NCBI GenBank assembly: GCA_964016885.1
Contig: OZ024741.1
Coordinates: 269,514,001-269,578,000 of the forward strand
Source of the DNA: Eledone cirrhosa
Lineage: Eukaryota
Reading direction: 5' to 3'
Length of the DNA: 64,000 nt
In this document: piece after piece, positions 54,260 through 64,000 of the stretch
Position numbering within the stretch: position 1 is the stretch's first letter
Layout: the number at the start of each line of letters is the position of its first letter
Notes under the pieces: generated by a model
Seen by the model: only the letters and a program-made list of their open reading frames with translations
Told to the model about the DNA's origin: nothing
Databases searched by the model: none
Made by a program: the position numbers and the translations under genes

Positions 54260-54602
54260 TGTGTGTGTGAGTGTGTGAGTGTATGAGTGTGTGTGTGTGT
54301 GTGTATGTATCTATGTGTGTGTGTGTGTGTGCGCATATATAAGTCGTCATCGTTGTGTGTGAATTATGATTACAAAAGAATATGCTCTCGATAGCTAAAC
54401 ATAGATGTACTTTATATTATTTTAAATAGACGCCAGCTAAGCAGCATTGTTAGTGTATAAAGGCTGAAGACTGGTGGTGTACGTGAGCTTAATCTGCTAC
54501 CTTTAATTGGGGGCCATTGACGACGAAAATATATGTCTACTTACAATGTACTTTAATTAACACACATATATACATATATACACATATATATATACATATA
54601 CG

Positions 54603-54711
<109 letters not shown>

Positions 54712-54806
54712 TAGGTAATTCCGAAGGAAAACAAAGGAAAAAGGAGTGCTCTATGTATAGAACAGAGCCATTTAATTAGAAAGTGACAACACAAAATATA
54801 ACTACT

Positions 54807-54870
54807 CCATTACCAAAGGTTTCTGGATCCCAGACAATATTAGTATACGTCTGGATCGGTCATCAGACAG
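54807..54870 (-). ncRNA. Hammerhead ribozyme (left arm)
   Basis: ctgt-CTGATGA-ccgatccagac...gtctgggatcca-GAAA-cctttgg-TA-atgg. Confidence 0.75.
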
Positions 54871-54906
54871 AGATGTTATTATAATAATATAAATAATATA
54901 ACATCT

Positions 54907-54970
54907 CTGTCTGATGACCGATCCAGACATACTTTAATATTGTCTAGAATCCAGAAACCTTTGGTAATGG
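54907..54970 (+). ncRNA. Hammerhead ribozyme (right arm)
   Basis: ctgt-CTGATGA-ccgatccagaca...tgtctagaatcca-GAAA-cctttgg-TA-atgg. Confidence 0.72.
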
Positions 54971-55007
54971 AGTAATTATATTTTGTGTTGTTCGCTTTCT
55001 AATTAAA

Positions 55008-55074
<67 letters not shown>

Positions 55075-55076
<2 letters not shown>

Positions 55077-56520
55077 TCTCCACTTACACATAGAAAAGAA
55101 CTGGAAGAGATATCTAGATGACTTCTTCATCCTTTGGCACGAAAATATCGAGAAACTTAAAGAATTTCACACCCTTATAAATGGGCTCAACACGAATATT
55201 AATTTTACAATGGAATTCAGCCATCAACAACTCACCTTCCTCGACATCCTCATTAAGATTCACGACAAAAAAATAGAAACAGACATATACTACAAGCCCA
55301 CAGACTCCAAGCAATATCTTCATTTCAACTCTTGCCACCCTAGACACGTTAAAATTAATATTCTCTACAACTTAGCCAAGAGAATCTGTACTATAGTTTC
55401 CAATAAAAACACCTGTTACTTACGGCTACAAGAACTAAATGACACACTCATAAGCAGGGACTACCCTGCATCACTAATTGACAATGGAATCCAATGTGCC
55501 CTAAAACTCAGTACCCAGGACCTTAGACACCCTAAAGTTAATCAACCGAAACTAAAAGCTGTTCCATACATCTCCACACACAACCCCCTCAACGATGAGG
55601 CCTTTGGCACCATCCTCCAGAACATCCCTGTATTAAAAAAGGACCATTGAATGAACCAAATCCTTCGAACACACGATGTCATAAAGAGCAAAAGACAATC
55701 TAAGTCAATGAATAACATCCTAACACATGCCAAAGTACTGCCAACCACAACAACGCAACCCACAGTAAAAAAAATTCGATAGAGCCAACTGTGGTATATG
55801 CATCAACCTAATAGAGGGTTCGGAATTCTATTTCAAACAAGGACAACGTTTTATAGTAAAACACAATTTTACATGCGCATCAGAAAAACTAATATGTGTA
55901 TTAACATGCTCAGGTTGTCGAGAACAATACATAGGCCAGACTAAAAACAGCCTCCGCCAACGCATGACTGTCCATAGATCCCAAATCAAAATACGGGAAT
56001 ACAGAAAAATACCACTGACTGAACACATTGATACCTGTGCCGCCCAAAATCATCCCAACTTTAGAATATTTCCCCTCTACAAATTTAAAGATAATTGTTT
56101 CTACTTTAGGCACAAGGCCAGCAATTACCCAGTGCATTACTGGTACTTTATTTTATCGACCCCGTAAGGATGAAAGGCAAAGTCAACCTCGGCGGGATTT
56201 GAACTCAGATCGTAAAGAGACGTAACTATGCTGGAAAGCATGGCGTCCGAACCTCTACCGATACTGCCAATCCACCGCCCTGTATACAAATTTAAAGGTA
56301 ATGCCACTTACACCCAGCGCATCAGCAAGGAATCTCACTTTATTAACAAATACGGACCTCGTCTAAACACTTCTTCCTAAGACGAACCCACAATATACAC
56401 ACGTTGACATACATACCTACATCAGCATACATCCTATATACATTTCTATCCACATATAAACACAATGACATACGTAAACACACATGTTCTCTGGTGCAAC
56501 ACAAATATACACAAATTCGC
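55075..56520 (+). mobile_element. Neptune-like PLE, 5'-truncated pseudogene (RT YLDD to GIY-YIG)
   Basis: WKRYLDDFF, LTFLD, YYKPTDSKQYLHFNSCHP, NCGIC, FTCAS..LTCSGCREQYIGQT. Stop at 55650, frameshift ~55775, SINE insertion. Confidence 0.85.
56091..56284 (-). mobile_element. tRNA-derived SINE with 13-bp TSD inside the PLE ORF
   Basis: tacaaatttaaag at 56078-56090 and 56285-56297. Confidence 0.92.
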
Positions 56521-57331
56521 ATACCTTTTTAAGGCATTTTTAGGCTATTTTGAGGCGTAACTTAATGATAATCCAGCCGATTTCCTCGAAATTTGCAGCA
56601 CACATTAGTTAGTCTCCTCGCATTGCTGTGGACGAAAGAAATTTCCGATTCCATTAATGGTTTCTAGGAAATTTACGAATTAGCATTGGGCATTACATGC
56701 CATTTTCATTTTCAATATAAACGCTACTTAAACATCGTAAGTAGCGTATAATATTTCGTTAAAAATTTGGATTATTTAACAGAGGACACAACACTTACTT
56801 TTAAGCAGGACCATTTTCGGGGGATTGAGAAAAAAATTTTGTCACCGCCCTGTTGACGCTTCGTGCAAATCCCTATGTACATTGCCGTGTTATTGACACG
56901 GTAAAACTCACGTCAGTGCTACTTCTACTAAGACCCCTTTTGTTGCACCTACACCGCAGTATGAACGCCCTGCACAAGTACGCCGAACAGCGGTTGTGCT
57001 AATTCCGCGGTGACCCCTTTTCTCGCCCCTTTGTTGCTGTGTTGCGAATCTATAAAACTCGAAAAGTACCTAACCAATTTTCTTCAAATGGAAGGAAAAA
57101 TCATACTATAAGATTTAGTACACTTAAACAGTATCTAGCTGATTTTCTTCGGATTTTGCACATGCATGCAGATGTTTCAGGATTCAGGCCTGCTGGTACT
57201 TTTCCAGTAGATGAACAATCATTCTCTGAGAAGGGAATTCAAAAAGTACACAGCTACATTCCTCAATCATTGCATATGTGTGTTGCTATTTCACGTTTCC
57301 TAGCCCGTGCAACGCCGGGTCCAGCTGCTAG
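56521..57331 (+). mobile_element. Non-autonomous Helitron-like element (5' limit uncertain)
   Basis: 3' hairpin gcccg-tgcaacgc-cgggt followed by CTAG|T. Confidence 0.55.
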
Positions 57332-57339
57332 TATGTATG

Positions 57340-57395
<56 letters not shown>

Positions 57396-57482
57396 ATTCT
57401 TTTTCTACTATATCAAGCGTAAAACTAATAACATTTATTCATTGTACTGTGTCGTTTGCTTTGTTATTTCTGTTTGTCTTTT

Positions 57483-57535
<53 letters not shown>

Positions 57536-58359
57536 AATATGTGTGTGTGTGTGTATGTGTGTGTATGTGTGTGTGTGTGTGTATGTATATATGTATATAT
57601 ATATATATATATTGTGTGAAAATAAAGAGTGGATGGGTGAATTGAGGGGTCTCTTGATGGAGAGAGGAATTCATGACTGGGTAGATGTTAGCGTGGTTAG
57701 ATAGATGTATGGATGGATGTATGGATGTATGGATGGATAGACGGGCGGATATGGTGGGTGAATGTGTTGTTGGAAAGATAAAGAAATTTGAGCAATCCAA
57801 AACATTGATTTTAGTGTGAATGAGGCGAGTAGAAGAAAATATTGTCGTTAGCAATCCGTGATTAATGTAATTAGAAAGATGGGGAGGAACAGTAAATTAA
57901 TCTAAACCAATTTGTACGAGTTGATTACATTAGTAAAACACTCCTTAGAATGTTACTGACGTTCAGTATATGTACTGAGAGGGGAGAAGGGGTAGGTAGG
58001 TAGGTAGGTAGATTGCTTGGCGGGTATGTAGGTATGTAGGTATTGCATCTAGCGTGTTAGATAGACATATAGATCGTTACATAGATAGATAGATAGATAG
58101 ATGGATAGATAGATAGATAGATAGATAAATTTCTATTTATTTGCCACGAGGGCACAAAAGAAGGGGACATTTACACAGTGGGGGAGTTTACATAAATCGA
58201 GTAAAGAAAAAAGGAATAACAATAATAATATAACAATAAAAAGTCCTCAAAAGGGAGGGGGCGTGTTGGGGATTGCACATACCCCCGAAAAGTGTGCAAC
58301 TCTTTTCGCGGGGGAAGCCCAGAGAGGAGGCGCTCCCCCTTTCCTCTTCACTTCTTCAC

Positions 58360-61300
58360 CTACAGAACAATGTAGAGAGAAGGCCCATTTACACGGGCCA
58401 TTCTCGCTTCTTTCACCCACCTTTCATAAAACTGTCTGGGACCAAGCACTTCTCTCTCCATCCTGATTCTTCTTCCGAAGTGGTATCGGAAGAAGTAAAC
58501 CAGGTGATGGCCGGAGAGAAAGTCACCCGACCTCAGACCTTTCAGGCGCGTCCACCACACAACCTCTTTCATCATGGCTATTACGCACAGAAAGACCGCC
58601 TCTGCTTCATTTCTGAAGGGAGGAGGCGGCTTGATGTTCACCACAGACTCGGCGGTTAATCGAATCGGCGCCACACGCGACAGCAGTCGTTCGACGTAGC
58701 CCCACAGATCGGCAACGCCCGGGCAGTGTACCAGTGCATGCGCAACGGTTTCCTCGTCGCGCACGCATCTGGGACAGATCTTTTTCGCGGGATCCCTGCC
58801 CGGGCGCCCGTGTCTGTAGAGCTTTTCTCGAACGGGCAGAGCCCCCCGGTAACACTGCCAGGCTAGGGACCTCTGGAAGTTGTCCATGGGTCCCGGGCCG
58901 AAAGTTCTACCGAACAGGCTGGCCAGTTCGTCCTCCTCCATGCCTAGCGACTCTCCAAGGGTGTCGTCGCCCCTGCTAGCCACCAACCCTCTATAGAATG
59001 TCGAGGTGGATTCTCCACTGACAGTCGGGTCCGCTTGCCAGATAGCCGTGAGCGCCTGGGCACACTCAGTGTGCCAGTTGCCCAGTTTTCTCGGTCTTTG
59101 CTTCACCCAGGATTGCAGTTCGGTGAGCGAGACGAGCTGTGGGAAGGCTCGCCTCACAAACGGGGCCCACACCGGCTGACCGTTGAGGAATACCTGTAGA
59201 TGCCGTAGCCTCAATGCGTGCCTACGCATCAACAGCCACGGCATACCCAGCCCTCCTTTCGAAGGGTGCTGGCAGCAGATGGATCTCCTCACCATGGGAG
59301 GCCGCTTCTTCCAGAGGAACTGGAAGAGCATGCGTTCCATGATGGTGAGCTTTTCCTTGGGGCAAGGCACGACGGTCAGGCGGTAGTAGATGACGGACGC
59401 TATGTAAGCGTTCGTCACCTCCGCCCGACCTTTCAGTGATAGTTTGCACTTGGCCCACTTCTGGGTCAGCGCAAACACCCTGCTCGTCACCTCGCCCCAA
59501 TTCTTCTCCACCTGGAGGTCCGGTCCGAACCAGACCCCGAGCAGCTTCACCGGGCCCTCCGTCCACCGCCCGACGACACCGTCCAACGGCATCGGTTTGC
59601 CCCTCCACGTTCCGAGTTGCAAACCGACCGACTTGTCCTGGTTCAGCTTAGCCCCCGTCAGCCTTTCGTATTCCTCCAGTAGGGTGGCGATCGCCCCGAT
59701 TTCCGAGGCGTCCGCCACCATTACTGTTACGTCGTCGGCATAGGCCGAGACCGCTTTGTGCAATCCCGGTTCCAGGGGTATGCCCCGCAGCAACTCCAAC
59801 TTCCGCAGCAGTGGCTCGAGAGTCAATACGTACAGAAGGGAGGAGAGGGGGCACCCCTGTCTGATGGATCGGGTGATTTGAAACGGCTCCGAGAGGTAGC
59901 CGTTTACTTTAATCCTAGAGTAGATGTTGCCACTGTGCATGGCAGAAATCCAGCCCCTGAAAACGGGTCCGAAGCCCGCCGCCGCTAGCACCGCATCCAG
60001 GTAACCATGGTCGACCCTATCGAACGCCTTAGATTGATCCAAGTTGATCAGGGCCCCACCAAAGCCGGGTTCGTAGCCAACCCTCTCTATGATGTATCGC
60101 ATGAGGTGGAGGTTGTCGTGAATGGACCTGGACGGGATAGCGCATGTCTGCGCGTCTCCCACCAAACCACCCACCACAAGCGCCAACCTCTTCGTCAACA
60201 CCTTGGCCAAAATCTGTAACTCTGCATTCAGCAGAGTTATGGGCCTAAAGTTACTTAAGTCGTCCCCCTTGCTCTCGTCCTTCCTCACTAGCGTGACCAC
60301 GCCCTTGGTCACAGAACAGGGAATTCTCCCGTTCTGTTGCCAGTTGCAATAGACAGCCTCGAGGAGTTCGGAGAACAAGACCGGCATAGCTAAATAAAGT
60401 TCGTATGGTAGACCATCGAGACCCGGGGATTTGCGTCTGCTGCATTGGCTGAGCGCTTCCCCGATTTCAGTGGCTGTGATTGGCCCTTCGCAGCACTCCG
60501 CTTCGCCGCTCGAAAGACGCGGTAGACCGTCGAGGTATGGACCGAAGTCCACATCCCCGTCCGGCCCCCCGCCACCTCCGAACAGTCGAGCAAAGTGCCT
60601 TTGAAAGGTCTCGCACATTCGCTCAGGTTCAAGGATCACCCGTCCATCCTGGTCTCGCAAAGACCGAATGGTGGATTTAATCCCACTCTTGGCTTCTGTC
60701 ACGCGGGCCCAGCTAACAGCTTTGGTCCCCTCGTTTCCTAAAGCACGTATTTTACTTCGGACAACGCAGCCTTCGTGCTTCGCGTCAAAGAACTGGCTCA
60801 ATGCCGTTCTCGTCGCTAACACTCTGGCTACGTCTCCGCTCCTAATCGCCTCTTCTAGTTTATCTGTTAACTCCCTTTCCCTCCTATTTCTATTCGCCGC
60901 TAGTTCCTTACTGTAACCTATCGAACTTACTCTAATCTCTCTCTTTAGAGATACCCACCACCTGCTGTTGACGATCGCTCCCGTCAACCGCATCTTAACT
61001 AAGCTACTAATCCGGTTTCTGTAATCTTTCTTTGTCGGTAAGGACAAGTTCATCTTCCAGTAACCGGGACCCTGTCTATGCGTTCTATCAAGGTTGACCA
61101 CGCAGGTCACTAATTTGTGATCTGAATAGCCAACCATGATCAGTTCTGGACAACTAAATACGTCCCTATCCTTACTCCTAACCAAAAACCTATCTAGGTA
61201 CGATCTAGATTGTCCACTGCGGTTTGCCCAGGTCCAGGTTGGCGCAGTTGGACAATCTAGTCGAAATCTATCGACCAGGTCGAATCGATCGAGTAACCCC

Positions 61301-61797
61301 TTGAGGCTGCTACACCCCCCTCTATCGGGACATGCCCCTGCATAGTCCCAACGCGCATCTAGGATTCCATTCCAGTCCCCCACTAAAAGCAGGGAACGCG
61401 ACGTTCCTAGAAAAGTCTCCAGACGTTGGAAGAAGTCGGCTCTCTCCGCCCCGAAGGGAGCATAAAGACCGACCAGTCTGAAAGCCCCGCCTTCACCACC
61501 TCCGACGTCCAGCACCAGTAATCGACCCCCCGGGTCCGAGTGAACAATCTGTACGTCGAGAGTCAGACGTTTATCCAGCAGTACGGCAACTCCCCCCCCG
61601 CCTCCGGGTTGACAGAGAGATGCGTGCATCTCAAAGTCATCGAAGGCGGGCGCCAGCTGTCTCACGCTGCTGATCCGACTCTCGCAAACAACCATCACAT
61701 CTATACTTTGTGACCTGAGGTCACTTAGAAGCTTTGCTTGCTTCCAAGCTGAGCTCAGGCCACGCGCGTTCAAACAGCCAACTCTCAATTGATCTAT
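58360..61797 (-). CDS. ORF2: APE endonuclease, reverse transcriptase, C-terminal CCHC zinc motif; presumptive start codon is ATA
   Basis: LNARGL, VCESR, VGDWN, SYLDRF, SDH; KSPGLDG, NFRPITLLN, LDQSKAFDRV, IRQGCPLS, YADD; CPRC..ETVAHALVHC. Confidence 0.93.
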   Translation of the reverse strand: MDQLRVGCLNARGLSSAWKQAKLLSDLRSQSIDVMVVCESRISSVRQLAPAFDDFEMHASLCQPGGGGGVAVLLDKRLTLDVQIVHSDPGGRLLVLDVGGGEGGAFRLVGLYAPFGAERADFFQRLETFLGTSRSLLLVGDWNGILDARWDYAGACPDRGGCSSLKGLLDRFDLVDRFRLDCPTAPTWTWANRSGQSRSYLDRFLVRSKDRDVFSCPELIMVGYSDHKLVTCVVNLDRTHRQGPGYWKMNLSLPTKKDYRNRISSLVKMRLTGAIVNSRWWVSLKREIRVSSIGYSKELAANRNRRERELTDKLEEAIRSGDVARVLATRTALSQFFDAKHEGCVVRSKIRALGNEGTKAVSWARVTEAKSGIKSTIRSLRDQDGRVILEPERMCETFQRHFARLFGGGGGPDGDVDFGPYLDGLPRLSSGEAECCEGPITATEIGEALSQCSRRKSPGLDGLPYELYLAMPVLFSELLEAVYCNWQQNGRIPCSVTKGVVTLVRKDESKGDDLSNFRPITLLNAELQILAKVLTKRLALVVGGLVGDAQTCAIPSRSIHDNLHLMRYIIERVGYEPGFGGALINLDQSKAFDRVDHGYLDAVLAAAGFGPVFRGWISAMHSGNIYSRIKVNGYLSEPFQITRSIRQGCPLSSLLYVLTLEPLLRKLELLRGIPLEPGLHKAVSAYADDVTVMVADASEIGAIATLLEEYERLTGAKLNQDKSVGLQLGTWRGKPMPLDGVVGRWTEGPVKLLGVWFGPDLQVEKNWGEVTSRVFALTQKWAKCKLSLKGRAEVTNAYIASVIYYRLTVVPCPKEKLTIMERMLFQFLWKKRPPMVRRSICCQHPSKGGLGMPWLLMRRHALRLRHLQVFLNGQPVWAPFVRRAFPQLVSLTELQSWVKQRPRKLGNWHTECAQALTAIWQADPTVSGESTSTFYRGLVASRGDDTLGESLGMEEDELASLFGRTFGPGPMDNFQRSLAWQCYRGALPVREKLYRHGRPGRDPAKKICPRCVRDEETVAHALVHCPGVADLWGYVERLLSRVAPIRLTAESVVNIKPPPPFRNEAEAVFLCVIAMMKEVVWWTRLKGLRSGDFLSGHHLVYFFRYHFGRRIRMEREVLGPRQFYERWVKEARMARVNGPSLYIVL

Positions 61798-63629
61798 TTT
61801 GGTGTTGAAAGTGAAGAAAGAAAAGCACTTACCTCTCCGGGTTGCGTAATTTCCATGGCATCAGGTGTGTTGGGTGGAGGGATGTTTTGTGGTGGTGTGG
61901 GGGTACACGTGTGTGGTGGGGTTGGGGTATTTGGAGTTGTGTCAGGGAGAGGGGCGGTTATGGGGAAATCTTTCAAGAGGACGCGATTCAACGGTTTTAA
62001 ACAGGGGGGGCTCACGTCCCGTCTAAATTGTTCTTTTAAGGAACGATAAAGGTCCAGAGGGACCTTTATCATTTTTAAATGGGTGAAGTTCTCTGTTGAG
62101 ATAAAGTTTGGCCCTTCGGTCTGCACCATAGGGTTATTGTTTATTAATTTAACCAGTTTTTTGTTTTCTTTATTTATATATGTGTATTGCAACGTCTTTT
62201 TTTGTGATGCTGTCAATGTTTCGGAGAGGGGAGGCGCAGATTTATTTTTGTTTGTTGAGGGTGGGGTGTTTTTGATTGGAGTTGGTGTTTGTGTGTGGGT
62301 TATTTGTGGTGTGCTGGGTGTGTGTTTTCTTTTTTTTCTTTTAACTTGTCTGAAGGCTTCTCCTCCTTCTTCTTCAGAAGTTGGGGGAAACTCTTCAGCG
62401 CTAGGTGGGAGGGACGTGTTGTGTGGTTGTTTTTTTTTTGCGGGAGGGGTAGATTTGTTACTGTTTTTTTTATTATTTGTTTGGAATGGGTTTTGTGGTG
62501 GTGGTGGTGGTAATGTTTGTGTCGTGCTTGTGGTTGGTAATGGTGGTGGTGATGTTTGTGTTGTGGTTGGTGGTGGTGATTTTTGTGTCGTGCTTGTGTT
62601 TGGTGCTGGTGGTGGTGATGTTTGTGTTGTGTTTGTGGTTGGTGGTGTCTGTATTTTGTTTGCTGTGTGTGGTATTAGTGTATTTTTGGAGGTGGGTGGT
62701 GCTGGTGTACTGTTTGTGGTGGGTGTGGGCAATAGTCCTTTTTGGGGGATACGTTTCGGGCAGTTAGCCTTAACGTGTCCCCTTTCCATGCATAAATAGC
62801 ATGCTGGTCTTCTCCCCTCTACAATTATGTCTATTGGGGTAAGGTCATCCAGCCAGATGCGATCCGGGATTTGTGCTATTCTTTCGGGCCTCATTTGGAC
62901 TAGTATGTCGAGGCCCATTCCCAGGAACGCATCTCCAGTTGCCTTCCCCATTGACAGCATAGTGTCTTCGCCCATATCAATGAAGCCAGCAATAGCCCAC
63001 CAGAAGTCCATTGTGGGCAGCATTGTTTTTACTTTTATTCTCTGAGTTCTTCTACCCATGTAGGAGGGATAGAAGCTATATGTTGTCGACGAGAGTGGGC
63101 TTAGGGAAAGCTGAACCGCCGTTTCTTTGTCTCTTGTTAGGACCGAAATGCTGCCATAGAGTCGGTCCTTTCGTATGAAGAGAATATTCTTCATATAGTC
63201 TTTTAGGACTAACTCTATTTCCATTTGGCTGGGCTGTGCTGGCTTTCTTGACTGGTTTAGTATAGTTCTGTATATAACTGTGTTTTCTGCTCTGGCTTTC
63301 TTGAATTCTGGGGGGGAGTTAATGGAAAACATTCCGTTTTCCCCCAAAACAATATGTTTCTTTGCTTCGGCCAGTTTTTCTCTGGCGGCAGTTAGGTCAA
63401 TTGGTGTGTATGTAATGGATTGCTTTGTTTTCTGGGCGAAAGTTGCCCTGTCGTTATTTGTATTATTTTCTGTTTGTTTGTTTTCTGTTTGCTCATTTTC
63501 CTTAACATTTGTTTTTTCATTTTGTTTGTTTGTTTCAATGTCTAATTTTGTTGTAATTATTTTTTGTTCTTCAGACTTGGGGGGCGTGGCAGAGCTAATG
63601 GCAGACATGTCTGCCATCTTTTCCGCCAT
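61794..63629 (-). CDS. ORF1: gag-like nucleic-acid-binding protein with zinc knuckle and Pro/Thr-rich tail
   Basis: First ATG at 63629; CYLCMERGHVKANC; basic KRKKRK patch; homologous blocks in decayed ORF1 at 13914-15872. Confidence 0.88.
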   Translation of the reverse strand: MAEKMADMSAISSATPPKSEEQKIITTKLDIETNKQNEKTNVKENEQTENKQTENNTNNDRATFAQKTKQSITYTPIDLTAAREKLAEAKKHIVLGENGMFSINSPPEFKKARAENTVIYRTILNQSRKPAQPSQMEIELVLKDYMKNILFIRKDRLYGSISVLTRDKETAVQLSLSPLSSTTYSFYPSYMGRRTQRIKVKTMLPTMDFWWAIAGFIDMGEDTMLSMGKATGDAFLGMGLDILVQMRPERIAQIPDRIWLDDLTPIDIIVEGRRPACYLCMERGHVKANCPKRIPQKGLLPTPTTNSTPAPPTSKNTLIPHTANKIQTPPTTNTTQTSPPPAPNTSTTQKSPPPTTTQTSPPPLPTTSTTQTLPPPPPQNPFQTNNKKNSNKSTPPAKKKQPHNTSLPPSAEEFPPTSEEEGGEAFRQVKRKKRKHTPSTPQITHTQTPTPIKNTPPSTNKNKSAPPLSETLTASQKKTLQYTYINKENKKLVKLINNNPMVQTEGPNFISTENFTHLKMIKVPLDLYRSLKEQFRRDVSPPCLKPLNRVLLKDFPITAPLPDTTPNTPTPPHTCTPTPPQNIPPPNTPDAMEITQPGEVSAFLSSLSTPK

Positions 63630-64000
63630 GCTGCCAAGAAAGAAATTTTTCGGCAAAAATAGATATTTATTTTACCCCCTAAAAAGGGGGTAAATGCAAA
63701 AATGTTTCCCTAAATAACAGGGGTTAGTGTTCCAAATGTGTTGCACTAAAAAATTTATCCGGTACTTACAATAGCAAGGGTAAATCCCGATGGAATAGCG
63801 GAGCCGATGCGAAGCGTGTCTTACTCTATCAAGATAGATAGATTGATAGATAGATAGATAGATAGATAGAAAGATAGTTAGATAGACTGCTTGATTAATT
63901 GATATGTGTGTATATATATTTATATATATATATGTATATATATGTATATATGTATATATATATGTGTGTGTGTGTGTGTGTATGTGTATTTATATATATA

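Larger units (their letters stand above)
54770..55008. repeat. Fold-back pLTR fragment with two HHRs; its 3' end (54710-54780) resembles 51720-51795
   Basis: ~110-bp arms with several mismatches, adjacent to (TG)n and (TA)n. Confidence 0.88.
58130..63830 (-). mobile_element. Full-length Tx1/L1-clade non-LTR retrotransposon in a (GATA)n tract
   Basis: Two uninterrupted ORFs, ~200-nt 5' UTR, ~230-nt 3' UTR ending with AATAAA; (GATA)n at 58081-58127 and 63833-63885. Confidence 0.92.

Noticed and set aside
54459-54545. CTGAAGA...GAAA motif with long insert
   Set aside because: Stems I and III do not pair convincingly.
55648-55650. In-frame TGA in the Neptune-like ORF as recoding
   Set aside because: Best explained as CGA>TGA decay in a copy that also has a frameshift and a SINE insertion.

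Overview
This is eukaryotic, AT-rich, almost entirely repeat-derived DNA. I found no host gene I can support. The tRNA-SINE family, microsatellite load and TE mix suggest a cephalopod (Octopus-like) genome, which is an inference. Contents: (1) at least six Penelope-like retroelement (PLE) insertions from several lineages (Naiad-like, Neptune-like and a near-complete Penelope/Nematis-like copy), several with the head-to-head inverted pLTR architecture and ends abutting (TA)n; (2) a near-intact two-ORF Tx1/L1-clade LINE inside a (GATA)n tract plus a decayed relative; (3) a PHD-finger-bearing CRE-like element, R4/Dong-like and RTE fragments, two Helitron derivatives and about 20 SINE copies. The ORF track misses four notable signals. 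First, about 16 recognisable type I hammerhead ribozyme (HHR) motifs, several with 60-90 nt stem II insertions and compensatory changes between copies. Second, a 333-nt retrozyme-like unit whose left boundary coincides with its HHR cleavage site. Third, a 60-nt GT-AG intron-like segment conserved in length and position in the 5' UTR of both diverged Tx1 elements. Fourth, a SINE copy with clustered A-to-G changes in ADAR-like context. All motifs were read by eye, so coordinates may be off by a few bases and clade assignments need database confirmation.
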